Both the position numbers and the translations under genes were made by a program. The notes under the pieces are model-generated. The model made no database searches, was not told where the DNA came from, and saw nothing but the letters and a program-made list of their open reading frames with translations. A stretch of DNA of 63,574 nucleotides, the filler included, from Candidatus Woesearchaeota archaeon (GTDB taxonomy: Archaea > Nanobdellota > Nanobdellia > Woesearchaeales > GCA-2687795): assembly GCA_030753365.1 (NCBI GenBank). It is 5 parts of 5 records of this genome, joined end to end, with 100 filler letters (N's around TTAATTAATTAA, not from the genome) between each part and the next. Parts side by side here need not be neighbours in the genome. Positions count along the whole stretch, not along the records: positions 10,269 to 41,429 come from JASMCJ010000028.1; 4 more parts are not named here. One strand, 5' to 3'. This document shows, piece after piece, positions 10,169 through 19,944 of this stretch. Within the stretch, counting starts at the first letter, position 1, and each line of letters begins with the position of its first letter.

Positions 10169-10268
10169 NNNNNNNNNNNNNNNNNNNNNNNNNNNNNNNN
10201 NNNNNNNNNNNNTTAATTAATTAANNNNNNNNNNNNNNNNNNNNNNNNNNNNNNNNNNNNNNNNNNNN
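10169..10268. other. Artificial contig spacer
   Basis: N44-TTAATTAATTAA-N44; identical at four places. Confidence 0.98.
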
Positions 10269-11184
10269 CTTCTTGTCCAAGATAAATACTTACACCTGCT
10301 GTTTCATCTTGCCCGATTAAAATTGGAGAAGCCGCTACAGAAAAAGGATGGTCAGGACTCGCAGTCCCAATACCTACATTCCCAGAATTAACAATCAATC
10401 CATTGCTAACATTCAACCCACCAGAAATATTAGTAGGTGATGGAATATTAACATACTTCGTTAAAGCATTAACAGTATCAACCGTAATCTGGCTAGCGCT
10501 TATCTCCAGATTACCTAAATAAGAAGTCCCAGTCACATTCAGATTCTCAAAGGTAGCATTCTTTGCCCTTATATTCTCACTAACATTAAGGTTTCCAGTA
10601 ACCTTCACCCAGTTATTAACAAGATTATCAATAAACTCTCCAAATCCGAAAGTCAATCTATCAGCTAAAGAAAGGTTAGCTGTCATATTCACCTGCCCAG
10701 TAAAATTAGCCCCTGTTAATTTAGCGTATTTAGTGAATTCAACCTGCACAGAAGTAACATTATCTTTCATGACAAGTTCTGTGGCATCTGAAGGCCCCCC
10801 TGCGTTAATTATAATCTCATCGCCTGTAGGGCTTTCATCGCCAAATACAAGATGGGCAGAGCTAAAGTTGGCGGCATCAAGGTCAATGGCAACAACAAGC
10901 TGGTAATCTTTGCCAGCAGTAAGGTTCAATTGATAATTCCTGCCTAAGATAAGGTCAAACACGCCATTGCTGTCAGTTACATTAGAAAAATTGTAAGGTC
11001 CCCATTTAACATCAGATAGATTATCCAGTGTTGTAATGTTTATCTGGAAAGAAACGTTTGTGAAAGGGTTTCCTGTGCTTCTGTTGGCTAATTTACCCTG
11101 ATAACTGATGAAAGTGGGAACATCGGTTGCCCTAACCAAGCCAGCTAGTACAATTATTGACAAAAATAATACTATTTTCTTCAT
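10269..11184 (-). CDS. Secreted Asn/Thr-rich protein with tail-fibre-like repeats (3' truncated by gap)
   Basis: Signal peptide, VPTFISYQGKL start, GNVGIGTASP repeat, many NxS/T sequons. Confidence 0.65.
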
Positions 11185-11378
11185 TTTTTGTTTAACATTT
11201 TCTTTATAGAGTTAGGTATAACCGATTTCTCGCTAAGCCAGCTCATTACAATAGTTCTTACAACTTCAGAATTTGTGCTTCCCAGAATGCCTTTCAGATC
11301 GCTGATTAACTCTAGTTGCTCTTTTGTGAGCTTGACATGTATTTTTGCAGTACCTGATTTGTTATCCAAGATAACCAC
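11181..11378 (-). CDS. Small ribbon-helix-helix (CopG-like) DNA-binding protein
   Basis: KIHVKLTKEQLELI..LKG.LG...SEVVRTIV pattern; stop overlaps the next start (ATGA). Confidence 0.65.
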   Translation of the reverse strand: MVILDNKSGTAKIHVKLTKEQLELISDLKGILGSTNSEVVRTIVMSWLSEKSVIPNSIKKMLNKK

Positions 11379-11513
11379 TTAAGCTACTTTTGAGGTATTA
11401 TTCTATTTAAAGCTTTCTATTGTCATCTGAGAATATTTTTTGTGCTAAGATAGCTAGAATTTTCCATTCAGTCTTCTAAAAATTAAATTTCATGAGGTGA
11501 GTGGTTCTTGACA

Positions 11514-12077
11514 TTAAAGAAGAAAAGGTGTATTCATACCAAGAACCTTACCAAAAGCTGTTAGATCATGGACAGTCCTCATATCAAATGGTTCAGAAGC
11601 AAAACTTCCAACAAATACTTCAACCTTGTATTTCCTGCAGATTCTTATGTTCTGCAGCATCCTTCCTAAGATATTAGCTCTTTCAACGTCTTCAGAGTTA
11701 AGAACATCTGAGAAAGGAATACAAATCTTGATTTTGTTCTTGTAAGCTATTTTGCATAATACCTGGTTTAAGCCGGCTCTGTGATGAATAAAATCATGCC
11801 TAGCAGCTTTCTCTAAACCAAACAGAAACAGATTTTTATTGTTCTCCATGACTGCCCTATCCTTATCCGAAGATTTGACAAACACAAATTCAGAAAGTTT
11901 TTTGGCTTTCCTGACTTCGTTAGGCTCAGCTAATACACCAAAGGTTAATTTAATTTTGCTATCATAAGAATTCTTAAAGCTTTTGAGCTTATACACAAGG
12001 CATAAGCTATTATAGCCTAGCTTTTCAGCTAGCTCAATAAAGTCATTCTCATTATTCTTAGGGAACACAATATCCAT
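11514..12077 (-). CDS. rnp3: RNase P protein subunit Rpp30-like
   Basis: AEKLGY, GLNQVLCKIA, NIRICRKYKV, FASEPFDMR. Confidence 0.8.
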   Translation of the reverse strand: MDIVFPKNNENDFIELAEKLGYNSLCLVYKLKSFKNSYDSKIKLTFGVLAEPNEVRKAKKLSEFVFVKSSDKDRAVMENNKNLFLFGLEKAARHDFIHHRAGLNQVLCKIAYKNKIKICIPFSDVLNSEDVERANILGRMLQNIRICRKYKVEVFVGSFASEPFDMRTVHDLTAFGKVLGMNTPFLL

Positions 12078-12132
12078 ACATCTAAAGCTTCTATAGAATT
12101 ATATAAAGTTATTCTTTATGAATGTAGGAATC

Positions 12133-12612
12133 CTACCCAAAATACCCTAACTCTTCTTGTATATCAGTATGGTTTACCCAGGTATCTTTCATTTTTCTTG
12201 CATGAGTGAGAATGTGCTGTTTTAGCTCAGGCAAATTCTTGAAAGCTTCATTGATAAAAGTTGCTTCTTCTTCTTCAGTGGAATGTATTCCCAACAACAA
12301 GGCAGACTTGTTCATAAGCATCAATTTCTTGTAAGTCATGTACAGCTTTTCCTTTTCTTCATCTTCAAGGAATTTGCATTCATGCATGCTGGCAATGGAA
12401 GCTGTATCAGGCTGTAATGAATTTTCTATTATCTCGCAGAAAAAGTCAATTTTCTCACTTATCTTTCTTCTGATATCGCTTAATAACAAATCATCTCGTT
12501 CTATTGTGCTTAACTCAAACTCTGAGTCAAGCTTTTCAAGGGCTGGAAGCTTGTATAACTTCTTATAATGCTTATATTTATTTTTTATATGCTCTTCTAC
12601 CATGTTATTCAA
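12133..12612 (-). CDS. Hypothetical helical protein
   Basis: 159-aa ORF with typical composition; no motif recognised. Confidence 0.6.
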   Translation of the reverse strand: MNNMVEEHIKNKYKHYKKLYKLPALEKLDSEFELSTIERDDLLLSDIRRKISEKIDFFCEIIENSLQPDTASIASMHECKFLEDEEKEKLYMTYKKLMLMNKSALLLGIHSTEEEEATFINEAFKNLPELKQHILTHARKMKDTWVNHTDIQEELGYFG

Positions 12613-12625
12613 CGAAAATGGGTCA

Positions 12626-12707
12626 ATACCCCTGAGTTTGCTCAGGTTTTATACTGTCCATTTTCTGGAGTAAAAATGCCTGCAGTTTGCTGCTATTGGG
12701 ATTTTTA
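12626..12707. repeat. Degenerate copy of the REP/PATE-like element
   Basis: ATACCCCTGAG-TTTG-CTCAGG ... TAAAAATGCCTGCAGTTTGCTGCTATTGGGATTTTTA versus copy 1 TAAAAATACCCCGCAGCTTGCTGCGATTGGGATTTTTTA. Confidence 0.75.
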
Positions 12708-12787
12708 CTTGATATAATTACATACTTGTTTTAATATCTTTCTAATTTTCCCAAAGGTTTATAATATTAATCTGTTGCTTTAAACAT

Positions 12788-13612
12788 ATGGATACTGTAA
12801 AGCTAAGGCTTGATTATCACTTTCATCCAAATATATCAAAGAATGATACTAAAGCGTTAAAGAAATGTAGACTTTGGTGGGAAAAGCTGGAAGAAAATAG
12901 AATTAATTGCATTATTGTAACTGAGCATTCTTATAAGAATCCTAAAAGGGCTTTTGAATTTATGAATAAGGCTAGACCTAAAGGCTGTTTCTGTTTTCCT
13001 GGAATGGAATATATTACCAAAGAAGGGATTGATATCATAGTTTTCTCTAATAACCAAATGATTTATGGGTTAAATGAGTTGAAATCTTTTAAGTTAACAT
13101 ATCAGGAGTTAATCGATTTTGTGCTTTCTAATGATAATCTTTTTGCGTTTGTTACGCATCCTTATGTATTAGGGACAACTTCTGTAATACGCAAGCTCAA
13201 TAAAGAACAATATCTGAAGTCAGTGAATATGTTAGGAGCTGTTGAAGTATCAAATAGTGTATATGATATATTAGAAATGGTTCTTAATAAATTTCCTTTT
13301 AATATATTACTTAAATCAAAGCTTGAAAATATTAAAAAGACAAGAAATCTTCCCAAATCAGATTATCCTAAAAATATAAGATTTCTTGCTGTAGGAAGTG
13401 ATGCTAATTATACTAAGGAGTTAGGGAATTGTTTTGAAGTGATTATTCCTAAAAAAGATGTTCCTTCAAACATCTTCCAATACGTTGTAAGAAATAAAGG
13501 AAGAGGAAAGGTTTCTATAAAACAGAAAAAGTTTGATTTATTATTGCTGCTTAAAACAGGGCTTATTACATTTGGCGAGTTCTTGATTAAGGTTTGTATA
13601 ACAAAAAAATAA
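12788..13612 (+). CDS. PHP-domain phosphoesterase-like protein
   Basis: DYHFH, VTEH, PGME, THPY, GSDAN (His of GSDAH replaced by Asn). Confidence 0.75.
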   Translation: MDTVKLRLDYHFHPNISKNDTKALKKCRLWWEKLEENRINCIIVTEHSYKNPKRAFEFMNKARPKGCFCFPGMEYITKEGIDIIVFSNNQMIYGLNELKSFKLTYQELIDFVLSNDNLFAFVTHPYVLGTTSVIRKLNKEQYLKSVNMLGAVEVSNSVYDILEMVLNKFPFNILLKSKLENIKKTRNLPKSDYPKNIRFLAVGSDANYTKELGNCFEVIIPKKDVPSNIFQYVVRNKGRGKVSIKQKKFDLLLLLKTGLITFGEFLIKVCITKK

Positions 13613-13615
13613 ATA

Positions 13616-14164
13616 TTATTTTTCTTTTTTGCATTTCTCGCACATGAGCACGTTGTCTTCGTTTGTTAACTCTTCTGAGTATTCTCCGCATGTCTGACAG
13701 ATGCCTTCTTTCTCTTTTATGTTACGAAGCGGCTTTCTTTCCTCTTCCCTTAGCTCAATCTTTTCCGCGAGTATGTCAAACAGCTGAGGCTCTATCTTTA
13801 GTATGTCGTTTAAAGTTAAGATACCTACTAGCTTGTTTTCAGCCATTACGGGAAGATGCCTTACTTGTATATCTCTCATAAGAATTAACGCTTCAAAAAT
13901 ATCTTTGTCTGGAGAAATTGCAGTTAAATTGGTTTCCATAATATCTTTACTTTGTTTATTTAATGGATTAATTCCTTCTGCGACTGTCTTTTTTACTATG
14001 TCTTTTTCGGTCATGATTCCTTTTACTTTGTCGTCTTCCTTTACGACGAGAGAACTGACGTTGTTGTCTTTCATTATCTTTGCGCAGGTCTCAAGGTTTT
14101 CATCAGGCCGTACATAAATGACTTTTTCAGTCATTGCGTCGCATACTTTATAACCGGTTTTCAT
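13616..14164 (-). CDS. CBS-pair protein with C-terminal Zn ribbon
   Basis: Two CBS repeats (GIMTEKDI, RHLPV..GILTLNDI) plus CQTC...CEKC. Confidence 0.9.
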   Translation of the reverse strand: MKTGYKVCDAMTEKVIYVRPDENLETCAKIMKDNNVSSLVVKEDDKVKGIMTEKDIVKKTVAEGINPLNKQSKDIMETNLTAISPDKDIFEALILMRDIQVRHLPVMAENKLVGILTLNDILKIEPQLFDILAEKIELREEERKPLRNIKEKEGICQTCGEYSEELTNEDNVLMCEKCKKEK

Positions 14165-14199
14165 TGAAATATAATAGATTAAGGTTTTATATAAATATG

Positions 14200-14358
14200 T
14201 CGGAATTTTATTATCTAGTTTGTAGTTAGCAAGCTTCGCTTGCTTTTATTTAATACATTGAATAAAATTCCGAGTGTTTAAAATCCCTTTTGGATTTTCA
14301 ACAAACCAAAAATTCACTATGTGAATTTTTCAGTTCATACCGAAAATCCTAGATTTTC
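14200..14358. repeat. Intergenic multi-hairpin element (family B)
   Basis: 13-bp perfect inverted repeat TCGGAATTTTATT/AATAAAATTCCGA enclosing AGCAAGC-TTC-GCTTGCT, then three short A/T-stem hairpins; similar to 31503-31625. Confidence 0.7.
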
Positions 14359-14399
14359 TAGTATGTGGGTAATAGATAAGCTATAAAGAACTAGTATAA

Positions 14400-16253
14400 T
14401 CAATAATTAACCAAAACTTCAACGTCTTTCCCGAATACTCTTTTCAGGTCTTCAAAGATTGGTTCTTTGATGAATACTTTAGAAGGTATTTCTGTTTTTG
14501 ATAATGTTTTTTCCAGTTCTTCTAAAGAGGCTTTTTCGATTGTGTCAAGGCTGCCGTCAGACTTGATTTTAGCTTTGGACAACTCTTTTTCTTCATGGTC
14601 TATGTCATGGATGATGTATGCAATATCTCCGAGCAGTATGACTTCCCCAAACCTGTTTCCATGCTTTACCCTGATTCTTGTTTTCTCCAGCTCTTTTCCT
14701 CTTTTTCTTTGCATATATTCTACAAGGAACTTGATGAATTCTCTGCTTTCTTTCTTAACCTTTTCTACTTCTGGCTTTGTGAGCTTCTTTTCGTCATAAT
14801 CTTTCTTTGCCTTGATGATAGTGTTCAGAATCCTTAAGAATTTTGCGGGAATCTTTCCCAGGGATATCATCTCATTTTCAAAAGTGTTTACTATTTCTAT
14901 ATCACTTACCTTTTCTATGCCTTCAAGCCTTAAGACATCTCTTATCATGGTAACTACTGTGTCATATACATGGAGCATGCTTTCCTCTTCCTTGATGGTT
15001 TCTATCTTTGAGAACAACTTTTTGATCATCTTAAGGTATTTCTCTGCATCGCTGAGAAGCTTGTCAACGTCTTTGCCTGTTAATTCTTTCTTTTCTCCGT
15101 GCTCTATGCTTTTCCTTGTCTGGATAACGTTTTCAAGTATGTTTACATATTTGTCTTCGAAAAGCTTTTCTTTTTTAACGAAGATTTCTCTCATGAGATC
15201 AGGAGTTTCTTTAGGCGCGGGAGGAGGAATTCCATAGAGCATTAAAGCTGCCTGTGAAGGAGTAAGTAATGCGTAGAATATGTCTTCCATGCCTATGTCT
15301 TTGAGCTTGAGATGAACCCTTTTGAGCATCTGCTCACCGCTTACCATGAACATGTCAATGGCTTCATAGCTTGGCTTGATTTTGCCCATCCTGAGCAGTT
15401 GTTTCCAAGGCATGAAGATTCCCCTGTCATAAAAGGGAACACCGTCTCTTAGTAAAGTGAAAATTATAGGATTAGCTTCTTTTAATGAGTCCCAGAAGTC
15501 TGTTAGTATGTATACCTGGATGTTGAGCTTGTTTTTAACGCCTGTCATTTCGCCGGCTTCTATACCCATGCCGATTATGATTGCCCTTAGCTTGTCTTTC
15601 AGTTCTGCTCTTGTCATCCTTTTGACATCAGTGTCGTCTATTACAATCCAGACGTCTATATCAGATGTCTTGGTTGCCCTGCCCTGGACTAAAGAGCCTG
15701 CAAGAACATAACTAATAATATATTTCTCAAACTTTTTGAGAACCATGGTTTTATGAATTTCTGCTATTTTGATTGCCTGTAGCATTCCCTTGTCCTGTAT
15801 GGGGGCAGACATGGCTATTAATTTCAATAGGTCATGTTTTCCATCATAACAGCTTTGCCATAGTTCGGATAAGATAACAACTCTTGTTTCAATGTCTTTG
15901 TCTATTTTTTCTGCTATGCTTTTGATTATAGTGCCAAGCTTATTTTTTAGCTCTTCTTTTGGCATCTTTTTAGAATCTGAATCGTCTACAAGAATGAGTA
16001 AGCCAATTTTATTTTTTTCAGGCTTTTTTCCTTCTTCCGGTCTTGGAGGAGGTAAAAGTGCAATTCCTGCAATATAATTGCTGAACTTTTCGTTTACTTT
16101 CTTTTTGAATGTGTCAAGCTTGCTTTTGATGGCTTTTAGCTTTTCCTTGTCAGCTTTAGGTATCTTAGAAAAATCAATATCTTTGTTTCCTTTTGGAAGC
16201 CCTGCTTTACTGTCGGCATAAGGAATTTTTTCTTTTGAGTAATCTTTCTTCAT
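14400..16253 (-). CDS. Multidomain minimal nucleotidyltransferase (MNT) / HEPN protein
   Basis: AGSLVQG....TSDID (GSx10DxD); HEPN-like helices with RKSIEH (Rx4H); internal duplications. Confidence 0.75.
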   Translation of the reverse strand: MKKDYSKEKIPYADSKAGLPKGNKDIDFSKIPKADKEKLKAIKSKLDTFKKKVNEKFSNYIAGIALLPPPRPEEGKKPEKNKIGLLILVDDSDSKKMPKEELKNKLGTIIKSIAEKIDKDIETRVVILSELWQSCYDGKHDLLKLIAMSAPIQDKGMLQAIKIAEIHKTMVLKKFEKYIISYVLAGSLVQGRATKTSDIDVWIVIDDTDVKRMTRAELKDKLRAIIIGMGIEAGEMTGVKNKLNIQVYILTDFWDSLKEANPIIFTLLRDGVPFYDRGIFMPWKQLLRMGKIKPSYEAIDMFMVSGEQMLKRVHLKLKDIGMEDIFYALLTPSQAALMLYGIPPPAPKETPDLMREIFVKKEKLFEDKYVNILENVIQTRKSIEHGEKKELTGKDVDKLLSDAEKYLKMIKKLFSKIETIKEEESMLHVYDTVVTMIRDVLRLEGIEKVSDIEIVNTFENEMISLGKIPAKFLRILNTIIKAKKDYDEKKLTKPEVEKVKKESREFIKFLVEYMQRKRGKELEKTRIRVKHGNRFGEVILLGDIAYIIHDIDHEEKELSKAKIKSDGSLDTIEKASLEELEKTLSKTEIPSKVFIKEPIFEDLKRVFGKDVEVLVNY

Positions 16254-16307
16254 TTATATACCCCAATATATGTTTGCAATACGATGTATGATATATAAAA
16301 TCTTCGA

Positions 16308-16910
16308 TTATTCCTCTGTAAAATCTTCAACAGGCTCTTTCATGTCTTCTGGCTTTTTTATGAGTCCCCTATTAGTAAGATATTCTCTTGCAAGAATCCA
16401 GAAGAAAAGGCCTAGAGACTTTTTGCCTTTGTTGTTGCAGGGTACTACAAGATCAATGTTGTTTGACTGATTGTTGGTGTCGCATAATGCAATAACTGGG
16501 ATGCCTATGTTAACGGCGTCTTTGACAGCGTTCCTGTCAGGCCATGAATCTGTTACCAATAGAACTTTTGGCTCTATATAGCTTTCAAGATTAGAATTTG
16601 TTAAGATTCCTGGAGGATATCTGCCAGCGAACACTTTCATGCCGGTTAACTTACCTAAAAGCTTGACAGGTTTCCAGCTGTTCTCTCTTCTGCTGACTAT
16701 AAGGATGTCCTCAGGAGCATACTGTGAAAGGAACTTTGTGCAGACTCTTATTCTTTCATCTATTTTTTGCAGGTTTAAAACGCTTAAACCGTCAGGCCTG
16801 GTCTTGTAAATGAATTGTTCCATGTACTTTGTCCTGAATTTTGTGCCAATATGAATACCTGATTTTAGGTATGTGTCATTAGCAACTAAAAATTTTGGTT
16901 GTTCTTCCAT
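16308..16910 (-). CDS. rps2: 30S ribosomal protein uS2
   Basis: YLKSGIHIGTK, GRYPPG.LTN, IPVIALCDT, PCNNKGKKSL; ATG at 16910. Confidence 0.97.
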   Translation of the reverse strand: MEEQPKFLVANDTYLKSGIHIGTKFRTKYMEQFIYKTRPDGLSVLNLQKIDERIRVCTKFLSQYAPEDILIVSRRENSWKPVKLLGKLTGMKVFAGRYPPGILTNSNLESYIEPKVLLVTDSWPDRNAVKDAVNIGIPVIALCDTNNQSNNIDLVVPCNNKGKKSLGLFFWILAREYLTNRGLIKKPEDMKEPVEDFTEE

Positions 16911-17090
16911 TTTAGTATAACAGTTCAAGAAAATGAACTGCAGTTTTTATTGCCTCATGCAGTGTTGTATAAAAAGACTTTATACGTTGGCAATAAGGTA
17001 ATAATTGGGGCGTTGTTTATAAAGATTGTTGTTTGAATAATGTTTTTTGATTCCATAATCTATTTAAGTTCTTTAAGATTCTTTGTTGAC

Positions 17091-17720
17091 ATGCAGAAAA
17101 GAATGTTCTATCTTATTGGTGTTGAGATTGTGGTAGCGTTTATCTTCTATAAATTAGTTAATGGTATTATTAATAATAATGTAAGATTAGATATATTTCT
17201 TAATGAGAAAGTGATGGTATTGTGGAATCCATTGTTGAATAGAATTATGATTCTTGTGACTATGATTATGGATACTAAAGTTGCTGCAGGATTGGCTATT
17301 GGGCTATTGGTAGTATTGCTTTCAAGGAAAAGGTTTTATGATTCTTTTTTATTGGTTTCAAGCCTTATTATAGGCCAAGCTGTGAAGAGTTTAATGAAAT
17401 TAATTATGATAAGAATAAGGCCAAGCAATGCGCTTATACATGCAGAAGGGTTTAGTTTTCCCAGCGGGCATGCGACAATAGCAATAATTTTCTTTTCTCT
17501 CTTGATTTATTTCTTTAGGAATGATATTAAGAATAAATTTTTGAAAAACCTGTTTATAGCAGTGAACATTCTTATGATTTTGTTGATAGGGTTTAGCAGG
17601 GTTTACTTAGGAGTTCATTGGGCAAGCGATGTTATGGGTGGGTTTTGTTTGGGACTGGGAGTAGTTTTGTTTGGGATGTTAAGCAAGATATATAAAGAAA
17701 AGAAATTTACCTTTTTCTGA
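17091..17720 (+). CDS. PAP2-family membrane phosphatase
   Basis: KxxxxRxRP, SFPSGH, SRVYLGVHWASDV. Confidence 0.9.
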   Translation: MQKRMFYLIGVEIVVAFIFYKLVNGIINNNVRLDIFLNEKVMVLWNPLLNRIMILVTMIMDTKVAAGLAIGLLVVLLSRKRFYDSFLLVSSLIIGQAVKSLMKLIMIRIRPSNALIHAEGFSFPSGHATIAIIFFSLLIYFFRNDIKNKFLKNLFIAVNILMILLIGFSRVYLGVHWASDVMGGFCLGLGVVLFGMLSKIYKEKKFTFF

Positions 17721-19936
17721 TGCTTAAAGATTTTACACCGAGATTATATCAGGAAACTATTCTTGCGACATGCACGCAGAAAAATACGTTAGTTGTGCTT
17801 CCTACAGGGATGGGGAAGACGGCGGTTTCGCTTCTCTTGGGGATTCATAGGTTGACTATTTATCCTAAGTCAAAGATTCTTATTCTTTCGCCTACAAAGC
17901 CGTTGTGCCAGCAGCATGTGGACACTTTTAGGAAGCATATGAAGATTGAGAAGGATGAGGTTGTATTATTCACTGGCTCGATAAGCCCTGAGAAACGTAA
18001 AGAGGCATGGAGAAATGCTAAGGTTATAGTTGCAACGCCGCAGTCTATTGAGAATGATGTTATAAGCAATAGGATTCCTATGGAAGATGTTTCATTGGTT
18101 GTGTTTGATGAGGCGCACAGGGCAGTGGGGGAGTATGCTTATGTGTTTGTGGCAAAGCAGTATAATAAGCTTTCAAAATGTGCTAAGATACTTGCATTAA
18201 CAGCATCGCCTGGCTCTGATATGGAGAAGATAAAAGAGGTTTGCAAGAATCTGTTTATTGAAGAGATAGAAATCAGAACTGATGAGGATCCTGATGTTAA
18301 GCCATATATTAAGGAGATTAGTGTTGACTGGATAGGAGTTGAGCTGCCGCCAGTGTTTAAGGAGGCGCAGAAGTTTCTGTCAGCTTTTCTTAAGGATAGG
18401 ATGAAGAAGCTGAAAGATTTGGGGCTTTTGAATAAGCAGAGCGCTAGTTATGTGAGCAAGAAAGACCTTTTACAGCTTCAAAGCCAAATAAGGATTGATG
18501 CGGTTGCTGAAAGAACTAATTTCACTTTATGGAACGCGATTTCAGTGCTTGCAGAGATTATGAAGATTTATCATGGGCAGGAACTGCTTGAGACGCAGGG
18601 AGTGGCAGCGTTGCACAAATATCTTGAAAAACTGCAGTCTGAGTCAAGAACTACAAAGACGAAGGCTGTGAAGAATATTGTTCGCGACCTTAACTTTAGG
18701 TCTGCTTTGATTAAAGCGCAAAGGATGAAAGATGAAAAACTTGAGCATCCTAAGCTTGTTGAATTGCAGAGGATTGTAGAGAAAGAGGTTAAGAGTAATA
18801 AGGATATTAAAATTATTGTGTTCAACCAATACAGAGATAATGCGCAGGACATTGAAGAGAAGCTTAACAGCATAAAGGATGTTAAGGCGAAGATTTTTGT
18901 GGGACAGATGAAGAAGGGTGATACAGGTCTGTCGCAGAAGGAGCAGATTGAGAGATTGGAGGAATTTAAAACAGGAGAGTTTAATGTTTTGATTGCAACA
19001 ACTGTTGGTGAAGAGGGGTTGGATATTCCTTTGGTTGATATTGTTATTTTCTATGAGCCTGTGCCTTCTGCTGTGAGGACTATACAAAGGAGAGGAAGGA
19101 CTGGTAGGCAGGATAAGGGTAGAGTGATTATACTTTATACAAAAGGTACAAGGGATGAGAGTTATAAATGGAGCTCGCATCATAAAGAGAAGAGGATGTA
19201 TAGGAATCTTCAGAGCCTTAGAGGAAAGGTTGGCTTTTCTTTGGATAAGATTCCTGAGAAGCCTTTGCAGGAGTTTATTAAGGATGAAGAGAAGATTAAG
19301 ATTTATGCTGATTACAGGGAGAAAGGTTCAAGAGTGATAAAAGAGTTGGTGGATTCAGGGTTTAGTGTAATGCTTTCAAAACTTGAGGTTGCTGATTACC
19401 TGCTTTCAAAGAGAGTGGGAGTTGAGTTTAAGAAGGTTGAAGATTTTGTGCAGTCTATTATTGATGTTAGGTTATTACAACAGGTTAAAGATTTGAAAAG
19501 AAACTTTGAGAAGCCGTTGCTTGTTATAGAAGGAGTTGAAGATATTTATTCTATAAGGAATGTGCATCCTAATGCCGTAAGAGGAATGCTTGCTACTATT
19601 GCGATTAGCTATGGAATTCCAGTGCTTTATACTAAAAGCCCGAGAGAGACTGCTGAATTGTTTAGTGTGATTGCAAAGAGAGAGAATTCTGAGGATAGTT
19701 CTGAGTTTAACCCGCATGGGAGCAGGAAGCCTTTGACGTTGAAAGAGCAGCAGGAGTATATTGTTTCCTCACTTCCTGGAATAGGGCCAACTTTGGCAAA
19801 GCCGCTGCTTAAGAAGTTTGGCAGTGTGAAGAAGATTGTTAATGCTAAGCCTGAGAAATTGGAGAAAGTTGAAAAGATTGGCAAGCAGAAAGCAAAGCAG
19901 ATTAAAGATGTTGTTGAGAAGGATTATATAATATAA
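17720..19936 (+). CDS. hef: Hef (FANCM-like) helicase with ERCC4 nuclease and HhH domains
   Basis: PTGMGKT, DEAH, LTASPG, QRRGRTGR; ERCC4 ADYLL...VEFK; HhH LPGIG and VEKIG. Confidence 0.95.
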   Translation: MLKDFTPRLYQETILATCTQKNTLVVLPTGMGKTAVSLLLGIHRLTIYPKSKILILSPTKPLCQQHVDTFRKHMKIEKDEVVLFTGSISPEKRKEAWRNAKVIVATPQSIENDVISNRIPMEDVSLVVFDEAHRAVGEYAYVFVAKQYNKLSKCAKILALTASPGSDMEKIKEVCKNLFIEEIEIRTDEDPDVKPYIKEISVDWIGVELPPVFKEAQKFLSAFLKDRMKKLKDLGLLNKQSASYVSKKDLLQLQSQIRIDAVAERTNFTLWNAISVLAEIMKIYHGQELLETQGVAALHKYLEKLQSESRTTKTKAVKNIVRDLNFRSALIKAQRMKDEKLEHPKLVELQRIVEKEVKSNKDIKIIVFNQYRDNAQDIEEKLNSIKDVKAKIFVGQMKKGDTGLSQKEQIERLEEFKTGEFNVLIATTVGEEGLDIPLVDIVIFYEPVPSAVRTIQRRGRTGRQDKGRVIILYTKGTRDESYKWSSHHKEKRMYRNLQSLRGKVGFSLDKIPEKPLQEFIKDEEKIKIYADYREKGSRVIKELVDSGFSVMLSKLEVADYLLSKRVGVEFKKVEDFVQSIIDVRLLQQVKDLKRNFEKPLLVIEGVEDIYSIRNVHPNAVRGMLATIAISYGIPVLYTKSPRETAELFSVIAKRENSEDSSEFNPHGSRKPLTLKEQQEYIVSSLPGIGPTLAKPLLKKFGSVKKIVNAKPEKLEKVEKIGKQKAKQIKDVVEKDYII

Positions 19937-19944
19937 TGAAACAA

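Noticed and set aside
10213..10224. TTAATTAATTAA palindrome repeated four times in the window
   Set aside because: Always centred in N runs; an artificial all-frame-stop contig linker. ORF ends reading XXXLIN are artefacts.
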